DNA of 63,421 bases, counting the filler, from Hyphochytrium catenoides (Eukaryota > Protista > Hyphochytriomycota), in NCBI GenBank assembly GCA_900088475.1. It is 6 parts of 6 records of this genome, joined end to end, with 100 filler letters (N's around TTAATTAATTAA, not from the genome) between each part and the next. Parts side by side here need not be neighbours in the genome. Positions count along the whole stretch, not along the records: positions 1 to 23,881 come from FLMG01003942.1; 5 more parts are not named here. One strand, given 5' to 3'. The notes under the pieces are model-generated. The model had not been told where the DNA came from. It made no database searches and worked only from the letters and a program-made list of their open reading frames with translations. Shown here one piece after another: positions 1 through 12,578 of this stretch. The position numbers were made by a program, and so were the translations under genes. Every line of letters begins with the position of its first letter. Position 1 is the first letter of the stretch.

Positions 1-397
1 CTCTCTCTCCCTCCCATCTCTCTCACCTCCCTCTCTGCCCCCTAATCTTAACTAACCAATGTGTCTTTCTTGGGGGGCCAGCCATTCCTTTCTTTTTAGT
101 GAAATTCTCCTCTCCAATTTTGTTCTGTTTCAGTCACGCGGTCTCTTCTCTTCCAGACTTGGTTATTCATGAAAAGCACTCGTCTGGTACCTTCTCCCCC
201 TTTCTCTTCCTCTCTTTTTGCTCTCTTCGTATGCCCTAGCCTCCCCTTCGGTCTGTCTTTTCTCTCTGCTATTGTCCAAACAACTACCTAGGAGCTGTGT
301 GCAGTTGCTGTCTTTGCTAACATATTTCTCTCGTTATTTTCTCCGTCCCTCTCTCTTTTTTCTCTGTTATGTCACTATTTCTCTGTCTCAACTCAAG

Positions 398-1151
398 CTG
401 GTGCTTCTATGTCGACGGACTATTCTCTCCTCATCTGTCAGTTTCTCTCTCGCTTCTCTCTCTGGACGGTAGATCTGGCAGAGACACAGATTATGCAGGA
501 ACAAGTGCAGGCAGAGCTGCGAGGGACGATCAATGGCGCACAGGTAAAAGTTAGGGAGGAAGAGAGAGAGAGAGGGAGGGGAAGAGAGAGAGAGAGAGAG
601 TGAGGAGAGCCACAAGGCTACGGCAGAAAGGTAGCCTATCTCTCTTCCAGTATCGGCTTCGCCTCTTCTCCTTCCTTTCCCTCTTTCTTGCCTGACTGCG
701 CTTTCCTTATATTGTTGTCTCCGCTAAGCTTTCTCACAATGTCTCTCTCATCGCTCTCGCTTTCTCTCTTCCTTCCCTCGTTCTCCAAAGCTCTCTCTCT
801 CTCTCTTTTCATCACTCCCTGTTCGGTCTTTTGCTTTCTCTGTCGCTTTCGAACTTATCTGGCACTCACACGCTGTCCCGTCCGCTCTCTACTCTGTCTG
901 TCTGTCTGCCTCTCTCTCTCTGTCTCCGCTGTGTGGATGTCTTTTCTCTCCCTTCTTCTCTGCTGCTGGTGCAGGTGGCTCTGTCTCAAGTGTTTTCCGT
1001 CATAATGTTAGGGTTAGGAATTGTCTTTCATCGGCCACAGCAGTTCCCGTGGCTGGTTGCCTTCAGTCTCTCTTCTGTCTTCTCTTCTGCCTTACTTTTC
1101 TCTCTTTGGAAAGGCAGAAGAGAGAGAGAAAAGACTTGGAGAAACAGCTAA
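398..1151 (+). CDS. SLC40A1: Ferroportin (SLC40/IREG family) iron exporter, last two exons (398-543, 975-1151); 5' part lies upstream of the window, possible mini-exon 157-186
   Basis: Spliced translation ...LLICQFLSRFSLWTVDLAETQIMQEQVQAELRGTINGAQ|VALSQVFSVIMLGLGIVFHRPQQFPWLVAFSLSSVFSSALLFSLW... matches the ferroportin C-terminal signature (R.GLW.FDL...Q..QE.V....RG..NG.Q...P..F..LV..S). GT-AG intron 544-974, stop at 1149-1151. Confidence 0.85.
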
Positions 1152-1465
1152 ATTTCTCCACCTCTTTTCCACTTCTTTCTCTCTCTCTTCTTCCTCTCTT
1201 CTTTTCTCTTCCTCGTGGTAACACGGCGGTGGATCAGTAAAAGTCATAGTTTTAACTATCTCTTTTCCTTCTCTCATGGTGATGGAGAGAGAGAGAGAGA
1301 GGGAGAGAGGGAAAGAGAAAGAGAAAAGAGTACCCTCATACTTCTGACCTCTTTGATCTCTCCTCCACTTTCTTCTTCCTTTTCGTCTTCTCACCCTAAC
1401 CCATTTGTTAAAAAAAGAGGAGAAAGAAAGAGAAATGAAGAGACTAAGAAAATACGTAAAGGTGT

Positions 1466-1496
<31 letters not shown>

Positions 1497-2669
1497 CGTG
1501 AAAAGAAGCAGGATTCTTCTTTGGAGGTTTTCTATCTTCTTTCTCTCTCTCTCTCTCTCTTATTTTGACCAATAAGATTAGTAGAAGTCCAACAGCACAT
1601 CCGTAAAACGACAGCCTTTGATGGCTCATAGAAAAGAAATAATGGCTCTTCCTTCTCCTTCAATGATTATGATGCTAGAGGAGAGAGAGAGAGAAGTGAA
1701 AAGGTTCAAGGACTTTCTTCCTAGCTCCTCCTTTTTTCTCTACCTTCCTTCCCCTTCTTCTTCTCCCATCTTCTTCTCTTACTCTCTTTCTTCGCTAGAA
1801 GAATAGGTAGGAAACACAGTTCTCGATTAGAGGAGAGAGGAAGTAGTGAAGAGATGAAGACATCTTCCTAACTCTTCTTCTTCCTCCACTGTCTTCTGCT
1901 TCTCAACCTTCAATTTCCTTTGCTCTTCTTGGTTTTTTCTTCCTTACTCATGGAATGAAGATCAACTGATATCCATAGGCAAATGCTGCAGATTTGCCCT
2001 TTCGAGCTTCAACCAGCGCCGTGAGGCTTCCGTAGTGCTGCACCATAGCTGGCTCTGCAACTCCATCGTAGGTCAGGCTATGGCCTACATGGGGCGCTCA
2101 GTGATAAACTTCCTAGGTAGATCTGGACGAAGAAATGTCCTTCCAACAATGAAGGAGGACAACGAGACCTCTAACGACTGGCCTGAGCGTAGTAGGTGAC
2201 AAGGCAGACGCGCTTCCACCTTTACAAGCGGATCGCTTTCCTTCTCTCTTCTTCTTTTGGTCTCTTCCCACTTCCAACCTCTCTCTCCTCATCAGCTTTA
2301 GATGGTGCCACTTCATGCTCAGAGCAGTGAGGCCAACAAGCGCCCTGGGTGGCGGCCACAGCATATCTTAGGAAGCTAACCACTCCGGAACTTTTATTGA
2401 TTTTAAGAAGAATAGAAGGGAATCGTCGTAGATTGGAAGAAAGAAGAAGCCGGACAGGAAGATTTGAGTTACTCTTGGTGCCTGGCAGCAGGCGACAGAG
2501 GCTGAGCGAGGGAGGAGACTGACAGAGCAGCCACACGTTTGAGAATAACGGGGCGAGGTCTGACTCATCCTCTCTCACCGCGGGCGCCAAGAAAGAACCC
2601 TCGTGCTTCGTAGCCCACCACAGAAACGTTACCTCCTGGTTGTTTGTCAGGGCTCCTCCTCCTTCCTCC

Positions 2670-2724
2670 TTCTAAATAAATATCTGTCGCAGAGGAAGAA
2701 TGTATCTCTGTGCGAACTTCCCAT
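2670..2724 (-). pseudogene. Secreted-family member A: degenerate start only, signal peptide lost
   Basis: Minus strand aggATGGGAAGTTCGCACAGAGATACATTCTTCCTCTGCGACAG resembles the start of member F (aggATGGAAGTCCGCCGACAACGGAGACGCTCTTCGTCTGCGGCGG) and lies directly downstream of the shared upstream cassette. Confidence 0.55.
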
Positions 2725-3435
2725 CCTTTTCTCTTTCTGCTTCTTTATCTACGGTGCTGCCGTGATGACCCTTCTTTTCTTCCTTTCTTTGTTTGCAAAG
2801 GAAAGGAATGAGAGACAAACTGAAGAGATAGGAAAACGTCCTTGATTGCCTGATGGTGGGGCGTCGCGCACCGGCGACAAGGGCGTCGCGGCAGAAAGAG
2901 GTACGACCTTTTGGGAATATTTTTAATAGACGATGAGAAATGACGACGAGAGTACATCTGCTGAGACATGGGGGAGACGGAGAGGAAGGAGAGAGCAGGA
3001 AGAAGGTGTACCGTAAAAAGTGAGCAAGAGCGAGCGAGAGAGAGAGAGAGAGAGAGACCGAGAAAGTAGAGAGAGAGACCAAAAAAGAAAGTGTACGTAG
3101 ACAGTGAAAAAAGAAAAGCGACGTTGAAGGGCTGGAGCCTCATTCTTGTTGGCGGCGACAAAGCAGCAGACCGGAAGAGAAAGGGAATAGTCGGAGCTGC
3201 GCTTTGAAAGGATCTGAAGCTGTGTCCCGAGTCCCGACATCTTGGTTGTCTTTCTCTCTGCCTCCTTCTGTCCTTCTTCCTGTCTCTCTCTCCACCAATC
3301 CTACTTCTCAGCAGTTCTAACGGTCGTAGAGAAAGAGAAGTGAAGGAGAAAGGCATCTTTCTTCCACGACCTGAGTCATAGAGCCTCTCTACCTTCCAGG
3401 ACAAGATAGATCGAAGACACAGAGAGGAGAGAGAG

Positions 3436-3466
<31 letters not shown>

Positions 3467-3560
3467 CGGAAGGGGAGAAGAGGCTAATAATGAGAGAGAA
3501 GAAGAAGTTTGACTGGAGAGAAGGCGAGAAAAGACCCGGCAAGCCTCACAGACATCATCA
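2725..3560 (-). promoter_or_regulatory. Shared upstream cassette of the secreted family, copy A
   Basis: Collinear blocks (gcaccggcgaca..cgcggcagaaagaggta; ggctggagcctcat; cttccacgac at 3361) recur at 9606-10272, 14690-15350 and 16922-17790, and inverted at about 19400-20095. Confidence 0.7.
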
Positions 3561-3904
3561 TAGATCTGTCTGTACCATTTCAAAGCAAAGAAAGCCAGGC
3601 AGGGGAAGAGAGATAGAGAAACGCGAAGAGAGTGAGAGAGAGCGAGAGAGCAGGCAGATCGAAAAGAGAGAGAGCGGAAAGAGACGGGAGGCAAGTGCTC
3701 GAGAGAGCAAAGAGCAAGGTAGACGGAACAGACCGCGATACAAGGCCAAGACGGGTCTTCTCCGCCCCTTTCCATTCGCTATTTCTTTCTATGTCCGTCT
3801 CTGCCTTTCCTCCCCTTTGCCTCTATCTTACTTGCCCGCTCTATCTCATTCTTCCCCTTCCCTCTCCCTCTCTCATCCGCATCCCTCTTCCTCTCTATCC
3901 TTGT

Positions 3905-4055
3905 CTCTGTCTCTCTCTCCCTCTCGCCGCCCCTTCTCTCTCTCTCCCTGTCGCCGCCCCTTCTCTCTCTCTCCCTCTCGCCGCCCCTTCTCTCTCTCTC
4001 CCTCTCGCCGCCCCTTCTCTCTCTCTCCCTCTCGCCGCCCCTTCTCTCTCTCTCC
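3905..4055. repeat. 27-bp minisatellite (cgccgccccttctctctctctccctct) x about 5
   Basis: Direct head-to-tail repeats with no spacers, visible as (SRRPFSLSP)n in the ORF track. Confidence 0.9.
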
Positions 4056-6369
4056 TCTTCTGTCATCGTCTCTCTCGTCGTTCTTTGAATATTAACTTGT
4101 CTTTTCATTCTTGCCGATCCGAGAGAGACAGCTCAGGTGGCAGCAGATGGAGCGATAGGAGAGAGACAGGGACATCAAGACAGGGGAAAAGGGCTCTTAT
4201 TTATTGATTAGCCTAAGAATTTGCCTTTCTCCTTCACTACTCCTCACTCACCAGCAGGTACAGGAGGAGTAAGGGGTTCTCTTGCAGTAGAACTACTAAG
4301 TGGAACTTCTCTGAGAACAACGATGGTGGAGCTGGTGAAGGAGTGGGAAGAGACGAAGTCTTCGTAGCTCTTATCTCTTCATCTCTCTTCTTGCTTCTTC
4401 TTCTCCGTCTTTTTCTTCTCCGTCTTTTTCTTCTCCGTCTTTTTCTTCTTCGTCTTCTTCGTCATAGTCAGTCAGAGTAGAGACGCGTGCAAAAAAGAAA
4501 ATCAGAGTCTCTATTTGCCATCCATGAAGCGAATGTCTGAAGCGTATTCCTCGTCATCCGCACTTGGATCCTGCTCTTGATCTCTTGATTGCCTTGCCGA
4601 TTGGATGTGATGATAAGGCCCTGCTCCTCGCTCCTTCTCCTATTGTTATTATTCTGAGGAGTTTTCCTTTGCGCTGATATCGATGGTGGAGGAGGAGGGA
4701 GCGAGGAGAGACGAGCTGGAAGAGACCAAGACTTTGTATCAAGCTCAGAGCTCGTGTTGTCTCGTCGTTCTTCTATTTCTTTTCCCCGTCTTCTTCTTCT
4801 TATTACTGGCCATAGCGCTTATCCGTAGTCTGTTGGGGTTCCTCCCAAGGATTGCTAAGAGTCGGGAAGAGCGTAGCCATGGCTTTGCACTAGTAGAAGA
4901 GTAGGAGAACGCACGGATGGAGAGTCATTCATTCCTGGAGTAACATCATCGGAGTCTTTTGCCCTTTATCGTAAGACATCCAAGGAGAGAACTATAGAAG
5001 TAGCCAAGAAAAAATTGGAGAAAGAGGAAGAAGAAGAGAGCTACCAAGGTCAAGATCTTCTTCTTAGTCTCGTCTACCTACGACTCTCTCTTCTCCTCCT
5101 CCACCATCTGTACCAGGAAAAAAGAAGGAACCGTAGTCGAGTCCCTCAGCAATAACAGTAGGAAAAGAAGAAGGAGAAGAGACTAGCGTACGGTAAAAGA
5201 ACACACACTAATAGAAGGCTGTTCTACTTCTTCTCGTTTGTCGTTCTACTCTCGTCTCGTTCGTTTCTCTCTGTCTCTCTCTTTCTCTTTCTCTCTTTCT
5301 CTCTTTCTCTCTGTCTCTTTCTCTCTGTCTGTCTCTCTTCCCCCTTCTTTTCCCAAGAACTGAATGAGAGACAGAAGACAAACCTAGTATGGGGGTTCCG
5401 CTCCTCGAGCTTGGCTTCTCTCTTCTTCTCGGCTTCTTCCTCTTCTTGGTCAGCTAGTCACCTCTCTTCTCACTTTCAGCTTCTCTTCTTCTTTGTCCTC
5501 TTTCTTCTTTCTCCCACTCGCTGCCATCGATGATCTATGGAGACAGTTCTATTCCTTTTCCTTTTTACGGCGCAGAGGAAGAAGAAGAAGAAGAAGAAGA
5601 GAGTCGCGACAGAAAGAACATGCAGATGCTTGGCCTTCTTCCATCCTCCGGCTCTCCCTTTGCCCTACAATATGACTCGCATGGAAGAGATGATAGAAGA
5701 GGAGAGCGAGTGAAGAGGAAGAAAGAAAGAAAGTTTGTCGGAGAGAACTTCTCAAGAAGAACCTCTATGGTAGAAGGAGGTCTGTCGTCAGCACTTATTC
5801 TTTTTTGTTTTCTTCTTGCTCTCCTCCTGCCATTCACGAGGTGCTAACCCTTCGTCAGCCTCTTTCTCCGTCTTTCTCCCTTATCAGGTTGTTTCTCTCC
5901 ATCTTTTTACCTCTCTCTCTCTCTCTCTCTCGTGTTCGCTCGCTTCTCTCTCTTGCTATCTCCCTCACCTCTCTCTCTCCCTCTTGCTCTCTCTCCCTTC
6001 CATGTTCACCCATAGTACTATTATACATACGACCTTGAGTATCCTTTCTCAAAAGAATGGAGCTAGGCAGAGAGAGATCTTTTTATAACTTCGAACTCCG
6101 CCCTTTCCACCGCTTCCATTTTTCATTTTCTTTCCCACTCTTCCCCAGTGGATCGATGATAGAGCATACCGACTCTTAAAACTCTCTCTCATCTTCTTTT
6201 CCCTCTCCCCGCTGCTGCCGTGAAACGCTACGAAGGAAGAAGCTCGTTGATGAAGAAAAAGAGGGGACAAACTCAGGCGCGCTGTCAATTCTCTCAGTTG
6301 AACGGGAAGTCATCAGAGCCCGCAGGCACCCACGAAACACTCTCTAAGAAAGGACGTTAAGTAGGACTA

Positions 6370-6756
6370 ATGATGGTACTACCGGTCCACGGCAAAAGGC
6401 ACTACTACCGGTCGCCCGGGAAGAAGGGACAACGGCTACTCTACTCTCTCCTTTTTCTTCTCTCCGTTATCATGGTCTCTCTCTCTTCTCTTCCCTCCTT
6501 TCAGGTTTATGGCACGGGATGGAGGATCAACTGGAGACCCAAAGAGTTGCTGGCTCCTTTCGAAAAGTCGGCAAAAGCCGTTCAGCGATGGTATAGAGAC
6601 AGGGGACAAGAATGGAAAAAACAGCAAAATGGGTTAGCCAATGTTTACTTAGGATCAAACAGAGTTCCAAGGATGGTAGCGTATCAAAAGCACCAAAACC
6701 AGCAGAACCCGCCGCCCCGGCAACAACCAGCGGCACAAGCGAAGAAAAATAGGTAA
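6370..6756 (+). CDS. Secreted-family member B, 128 aa (possibly truncated)
   Basis: MMVLPVHGKRHYYRSPGKKGQRLLYSLLFLLSVIMVSLSSLPSFQVYG matches the family leader (GQ..L...LL....S.SSLP..V.G), followed by a basic, W-containing segment and a Q/P-rich tail. Confidence 0.6.
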   Translation: MMVLPVHGKRHYYRSPGKKGQRLLYSLLFLLSVIMVSLSSLPSFQVYGTGWRINWRPKELLAPFEKSAKAVQRWYRDRGQEWKKQQNGLANVYLGSNRVPRMVAYQKHQNQQNPPPRQQPAAQAKKNR

Positions 6757-9011
6757 AGCCTACGCCTTCGCGGCTATTCTTAGGCAGTAGGGAGGAAATA
6801 ATGGGAGCACCGGCATCAGAGAGGAGAAGGCCCGGTTGGTCCTGGAAGTAGCTGCCACGGAAAATGGACGACAATGGGAGAACATCAGGGTTGCCTTGAA
6901 CTTTGTCCCAGTTTCTTGCTACTTTTTTCGCGGCTACTATTTCCTTCTTTTCCGCAGGAGACATGTCAAGGGTCTCTTCTTTGATTGCTGAAGATGTTCG
7001 GGGGGAGAGAGATTTCAAAGAGTGAAAACGTTAGCGCTCTTGCTCTTTCTTCACTTCTCTTCTCCTTGTTTTTCCTCTACCTCTTTCTTTCAATCTTTTT
7101 CTCTTCTCGTTCTTTGTCTTGTCCACTATATGCTATATATATATATAGAGAGAGAGAGAAGGTGCAAAGGTCGTAGATCAATACGGCCAGAGCTTAACGT
7201 CTTCCTGAAGAACATACTATCTGAGAGTCTTCCTTCATAAAAAAATTATGATAGATGGAAGAGAGATGAGGGGCCTCTTCCCCATCTTTTCTTCTTCTTC
7301 ATCTTCCTTATGAAGATATAAGATACTCCGGAGTAAACGTCTACTCTGTCCTTCTTTTCCTTTTTATTGATATCTACGTCTCATCATCCTCAAAGAAGAA
7401 AGAGGTGAAGCATGAAGAAGAAGAGACAAGTTTCTCCCCTACTTCTCTCTCCTTTGTCCTCATAATTCAGCAGAAGAGGATAATATCTTAGTTAGGTTCC
7501 TCAGCAACAAAGGTTGAAAGAGGGAGAAGAAGAAGAAGAAGAGAAGAAGAATCCCCAAGACTATCATCACTACTTCTCTCTCACAGAAGAGTAAGAGAAG
7601 ATGAACCATTCAACCGCTGATCAGGAGGAAGAATAATGATGAGTCCACTTTCAGAAACTGATGATGCGCATTCTCTTCTTCAGTGGCTAACGAAGTACGG
7701 GGATGAACCTGTAAAGCCATGGCCGGACCGGACAACGCCAATAATCCATATACTGAGAAGCAACAACTGAGTAAATGAAGCTCTGAAAGAGCTTCACAAC
7801 GATACACTCAACAATGGTGACATAGCCCGTAGTACCTCACACCCTGCTGTCAATCAACGGGAAACGAGAAGTAGTGCAGCCCTACTATATATCGCCTCCC
7901 ACAGCGTATAATTCCATACTTCTTGGTCTTTCTCCAACTAACTGACAGAGAGATATTGATTGTTGCAGGCTATGTGAGAAGGAAAGTATCTCTCTGCTGG
8001 TTCTTCTTTCATCCTGTGTGAGAAAGAAGTGATTGTAATAAGACCAACAAGGGTCTCGACTCAGCATGGATCTTCTGCATTTTCTGGACGATGAAGAAAG
8101 TCAAGAAGTTCCCTACTGTTACATTGGCTTGGACGAAGAGGAGAGGACGCGTTGGACGCGATGTTAATACATTGACGCTGCTGCGTAGCACCACCACCAG
8201 CGCCGCTGACGGCGGACTGCTAAGCCCTGATCCTCACCATTGAACAAAAGCATCCAGCAGCAGCGCAGGATGAGACCAAACCAAAGGAGAGGCAGCACAG
8301 GAGATGATGAGGCCGTCATGAGAAAAAAAGCTATAATGTGATGATGATGCCTAAGCTGAACCGTCCGTCGTCGTAGCAATATCATATGGTCACTGCTCCC
8401 TGCTCATCACGCATAATTGGTGGGGATGATGTTGTTCAAATCATAATGTCATTGTAGGACCTGATGAACGGCGGAACAGAGAAATAAATTGAGAAGCTCT
8501 TTTACCGCGGTAACTCATCATTTCATGGCCGAGCAGCAGTCTTCTCTCATTATTGCGTTGTCACTCGACATGAAAAAAGAGATCTTTCTTTGACGACAGA
8601 CAAAAATAAAAGCAGAGATGAAAAGATCTCGCCTCAGATGCCACGCGACGACTTTTTGTGCGTGCTAGCCACAATGTATTAGCTCTTGGTTGAGGAACTT
8701 CTTTACGCCAAGGCAGCCGACGATGATCGTAGGAAGAACTCATGAAGTGGAGGAGGCACGCACTGCCGCTGGTTCGATAAGTGGGCGGGGCAAAGAAGAA
8801 AGATTGTATGACTAAAATATATCTAGAGAATGGTTGCGGACTCAGGCTGCAGGACCCGCCTGTCAAGGATTGAGCAGGTAATAATAGTATGATCATCTGT
8901 ACAGATTGATCCGGTCTAATAGTTCTCGTCCTCGTCCTCACTGGATTGTCTCGACAAGAACAACGGCCCACCTCCCTCCTCCCTGTAGGCACCTCCCAGC
9001 CGCCCTGTGGA

Positions 9012-9605
9012 TCAAGAAGAACAATCGAAATCAGCATTGTAGGTTCTGGCATCAAGCTCACGATACTTGTGGGCGGCGAGAGTTAGGGACAGACGGATCT
9101 TTTCCATTGTTGTTTGTTGTTGGAGGACGGCTTGGTGAGTCGTCGTGTCGTCTTCTGAGGTTGAAGAATGCTGCTGGTGGTCCTTCCGGTTCCTGACGTT
9201 GAACCCCGGTGCTGCTGCTGTGCTGCTGGTGGTTCGTCGCTGCTGGTGGTATTGCTGGTTCCTGAGGTTGAGCTCCGCTCCTGCTGGGGTCGGTGGTTCG
9301 CTGGTGGGACTGGCTCCTGACGTTGAGCTACTGGGGTGGTGGCTCGCTGGTGGGGTTCGCTTTCTTCCGAGGTTAAACAATCTCGCAAAAAGCCTTTGAT
9401 CGCTCCTCATAGTGGTTTCATCAACGGCGTTCGGTGCGATGGCTGCTCTTTTTTTTTTTTGAGAAGACAGCGGGCCTTCTTCCTCCATGAACACAGGAGA
9501 GGGAAGATAAAGAGATCGTGAGAAGGGAGAGAAGAGAGAAAAGTAGAAAGAGCCGTCGCAGCTGCCCCGTTGCCGAGAAGAGCGTCTCCGTTTGCGGACT
9601 TCCAT
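9012..9605 (-). pseudogene. Secreted-family member C with two compensating frameshifts
   Basis: Starts MEVRKRRRSS like member F. The signal peptide ATGQLRRLFLLFSLLSLLTISLSSLSCVHG is in another frame, and the frame returns at the A12 run (T12 at 9449-9460) into an S/T/P/Q-rich mature region. Confidence 0.65.
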
Positions 9606-10571
9606 CCTTTCTTATTTGTCCTCCTGTTTTATTGATAGTCATGCCTTGTGGCCCGCCTTTCCTTCCTTCTTTGGATCATAAAGGACAGCAATGAGAGACA
9701 AAACAGAGATAATAATGGAAGACTTTCTCGAAGTTCTTGAGGATGGGGTTCGCACCGGGAGCAAAGGCGTCGTCGCGCGCGGCAGACAGAGGGACGAGTC
9801 TTCTTTGCAAACTATTGGAAATTTCTGAAAAGTGGTGATGATGAGAGTGTATCTACTGGGACAAGGGAGAAGGAGGAGGGAGAGAGAGGAAGAGAGAGGA
9901 AGAGAGAGTAGGAAGGTGCACGGCAAAAGGGGAGAGAGAGAGNNNNNNNNNNNNNNNNNNNNNNNNNNNNGAGAGAGAGAGAGAGAGAGAGAGTACGAAG
10001 ATGTAGAGTGGAGAAGAAAAGCGACATTGAGCGTCTGGATGGTGGAGTCTCATCATTGTTGACGGCGACGCAGCAGAGAGATAAAGAAAAGAAGCAATCA
10101 GAGTTGGGGCTATCCTTTGAAAAAAAGTGTCTGATGAAGCTCTGTCCGGCATCTCCGTGTTCTCTCTCTTTCTTTCTCTTTCTGTCCTTCTTTCTGTCTC
10201 TCTTTCCTGATCTGCAATTGTATAATAGTCCTAGAGACAAGGGGACAACTGCTGACGGAGACGGGCCACTTATTACAGCCTGCTTGTAAGTGCAGCCTCC
10301 TGCTGCTATGGATACTACCTATCCTCCTGCTGCTATGGATACTACTCTATGTAGAGGCGGAGGATATGTTGAACCTTCTGCTCTAGTGCTCTTCCTAGCC
10401 CCATAATAACCAGCCAGCTTATCATGCTGAAGGTAATGAGGTTCTTGCCGCGTTCTTCAGTCATTGGTAATAATGAAACTTGACGGAGTCGCTTCTTCGT
10501 TCAATGGCTGGTCGTTTTGTCTATTTCTTCTTCTCTTGCGTCCCATTCTAACGTATATCGTATCTCTATTC

Positions 10572-10828
10572 TTAGATTGCTGCCTGGTCTTCTTCTTCTA
10601 AAACCACCCTCCAGATGCCCTGGATGCCAGGCGCCAGAGCCTTAGAGTAGCCTGAGTATAACGCATTACTGGTGGAGCAGCAAGCACCAGCGGAGGGCAG
10701 AGAAGAGAGATCGTAAGTAAAAGAATAGAGAGAAGGGAGATGATTAAGGGGAGAGCGCAGCAGTAACACCAGCTGTCCCGTCGCCGCGGAGAAAAAAAAG
10801 CATCTCCGTTTTGTAGGGCGGCCGCCAT
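10572..10828 (-). pseudogene. Secreted-family member D, degenerate
   Basis: Pieces in different frames (KRRCFFFSAATGQL, SLLSILLLTISLL, ALYSGYSKA) align with member F (RRRSSSAAGQL, ALLPGYPKA). An internally deleted upstream cassette lies at 10830-11020. Confidence 0.6.
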
Positions 10829-11816
10829 GCTCTTTCTTCTCTTCTTTATATATCGTGGTGATGACTACTAGCGCCTGTTTCCTCTGGGTTGTGGGTTCAA
10901 GAGAAAGTAATGCCGATTGACAAACAGAAGAGATAGAAGACTTCCTCGACTTCACTGGCGCTGAGGTTGACAGAGCTAGATAGAGCGCAAGGGAAAGTAA
11001 CAAGGACAACTGCTGCAGCAGAAGTTATAGTAGACTCGGCCGCCTGCTGGTGCCACGGATGGAATAGCAGGAGGCACGAAGCGGGGCGGCTAAGGCCAGC
11101 TAGTTGTTGAGAATAATGTAGACTAAAGAAGAAGACGTGGCCTGTCAAAGGCAACATTCAAGCTTACAAAGCACTACCGAAGATGGACACAAGCTAGTCA
11201 GGAGAGATCGTAAAGAGAACGGCGTTATTATTGAGTGAGTTGCTGCTGCCCAACTAAAAGCAAAAACCTGACTGATGTTAGAGCTGTAAGAAGAAGCTCC
11301 TGCTCTTCTTCTCTCGTCTCCTCTTCTGTCTGGCCACTAGTAGCGATGATAGACCTCCCTAGTAGAGCGTCTCGGACTTATCTGTCTCGCTCCTCCCGCG
11401 GATTCCAAGGATCACGTGGTTGTCCGGCGTCTGATCGTCCGGGAAGCTCCTCCCAGGATCTCCAATATACTTTTTATCTGGTTGAAAGCGAGGTTCATTG
11501 AATACATTGGGATAAATTGAACGATAGGCCTTACGTAGTATTTATCGGGAAAGCACTCTTCAGGTCCATCTCTCTCTCTCTCTTTCTCTCTCTCTCCCAT
11601 CCTCTCTTCCTCTCTCTCCTTTTCTCTTTGATCTCTACCTGACCCGGCCCCCTTTCGGTCTGTCTTTATTGCCTAATGAGTCCGAGCAATCTCCTACCGT
11701 ACGAGCTTTGCAAATGTTGCCGTGCTAACATATTTTGTTCTTATTGTCATTCTCTCTCTCTCTCTCCTCTCTCCTTTCCTCTGATATGTCTCTCTAAAAT
11801 CTGTCTCATTTTCAAG

Positions 11817-12578
11817 CTGTTGCGTCTCTCTCGACGGACTATTCTCTCCTCATCTGTCAGTTTCTCTCTCGCTTCTCTTCTCTCTGGACGGTAGACCTGG
11901 CGGCAGAGACACAGATTATGCAGGAACAAGTGCAAGCAGAGCTGCGAGGGACGATCAACGGCGCACAGGTAAGAGCCAGAGAGAGAGAGAGAGAGTGAGA
12001 GAGAAGAGCGACAAGGCACGTGGCGGAAACATAACCCTTCTCTTTTCCACTATCATTTGGCGTTCTCTCTCCCCGTTCCTCACATCTTTCCTTCCTGACT
12101 TGTCTCCTATATTTTGTCCTCTCTCTCTCTCTCTCTGTTTTCTCGTGCTTTCCTCATACTTCCTCCTGTGCCGTTCTCGGACTCTCTCTCTCTCTCTCTG
12201 TCTCTTCACAACCCTCCTGTCCATCTTTGCCATCTCTGCCGCATTCTCTCTAATCTCTTAATCGGCTTCTCATATCCTTTCCCCTTCCCCATTTCGCTCT
12301 CTCTCTCTGCTCTTGTTGTCTGTCTCTCTCGATTCTCTCTCTCTCTCTCTGTACACATTGCCTGGGTGCCTATCTTTCTCTCTCTCTCTCCTCTGCTGCT
12401 GCAGGTGGCGCTGTCTCAAGTGTGCTCCGTCATAATGTTAGGCGTAGGAATTGTCTTTCATCGGCCGCAGCAGTTTCCGTGGCTGGTTGCCTTCAGTCTC
12501 TCTGCCGTCTTCTCTTCTGCCTTTCTCTTCTCTCTTTGGAGAGGCAGAAGAGAGAGAGAAAAGGCTTGGAGCAGCTAG
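11817..12578 (+). pseudogene. SLC40A1: Second, 5'-truncated ferroportin copy (exons 11817-11968, 12405-12578)
   Basis: Same two exons and intron position as 398-1151, with two in-frame one-codon insertions. No recognisable upstream ferroportin exons before about 11530. Confidence 0.75.

Noticed and set aside
3905-4055. 27-bp repeats as a CRISPR array
   Set aside because: Head-to-tail units with no unique spacers, eukaryotic context and no cas genes.
7600-8900. Protein-like but stop-riddled sequence between members B and C
   Set aside because: No consistent frame, splice pattern or recognisable motif.
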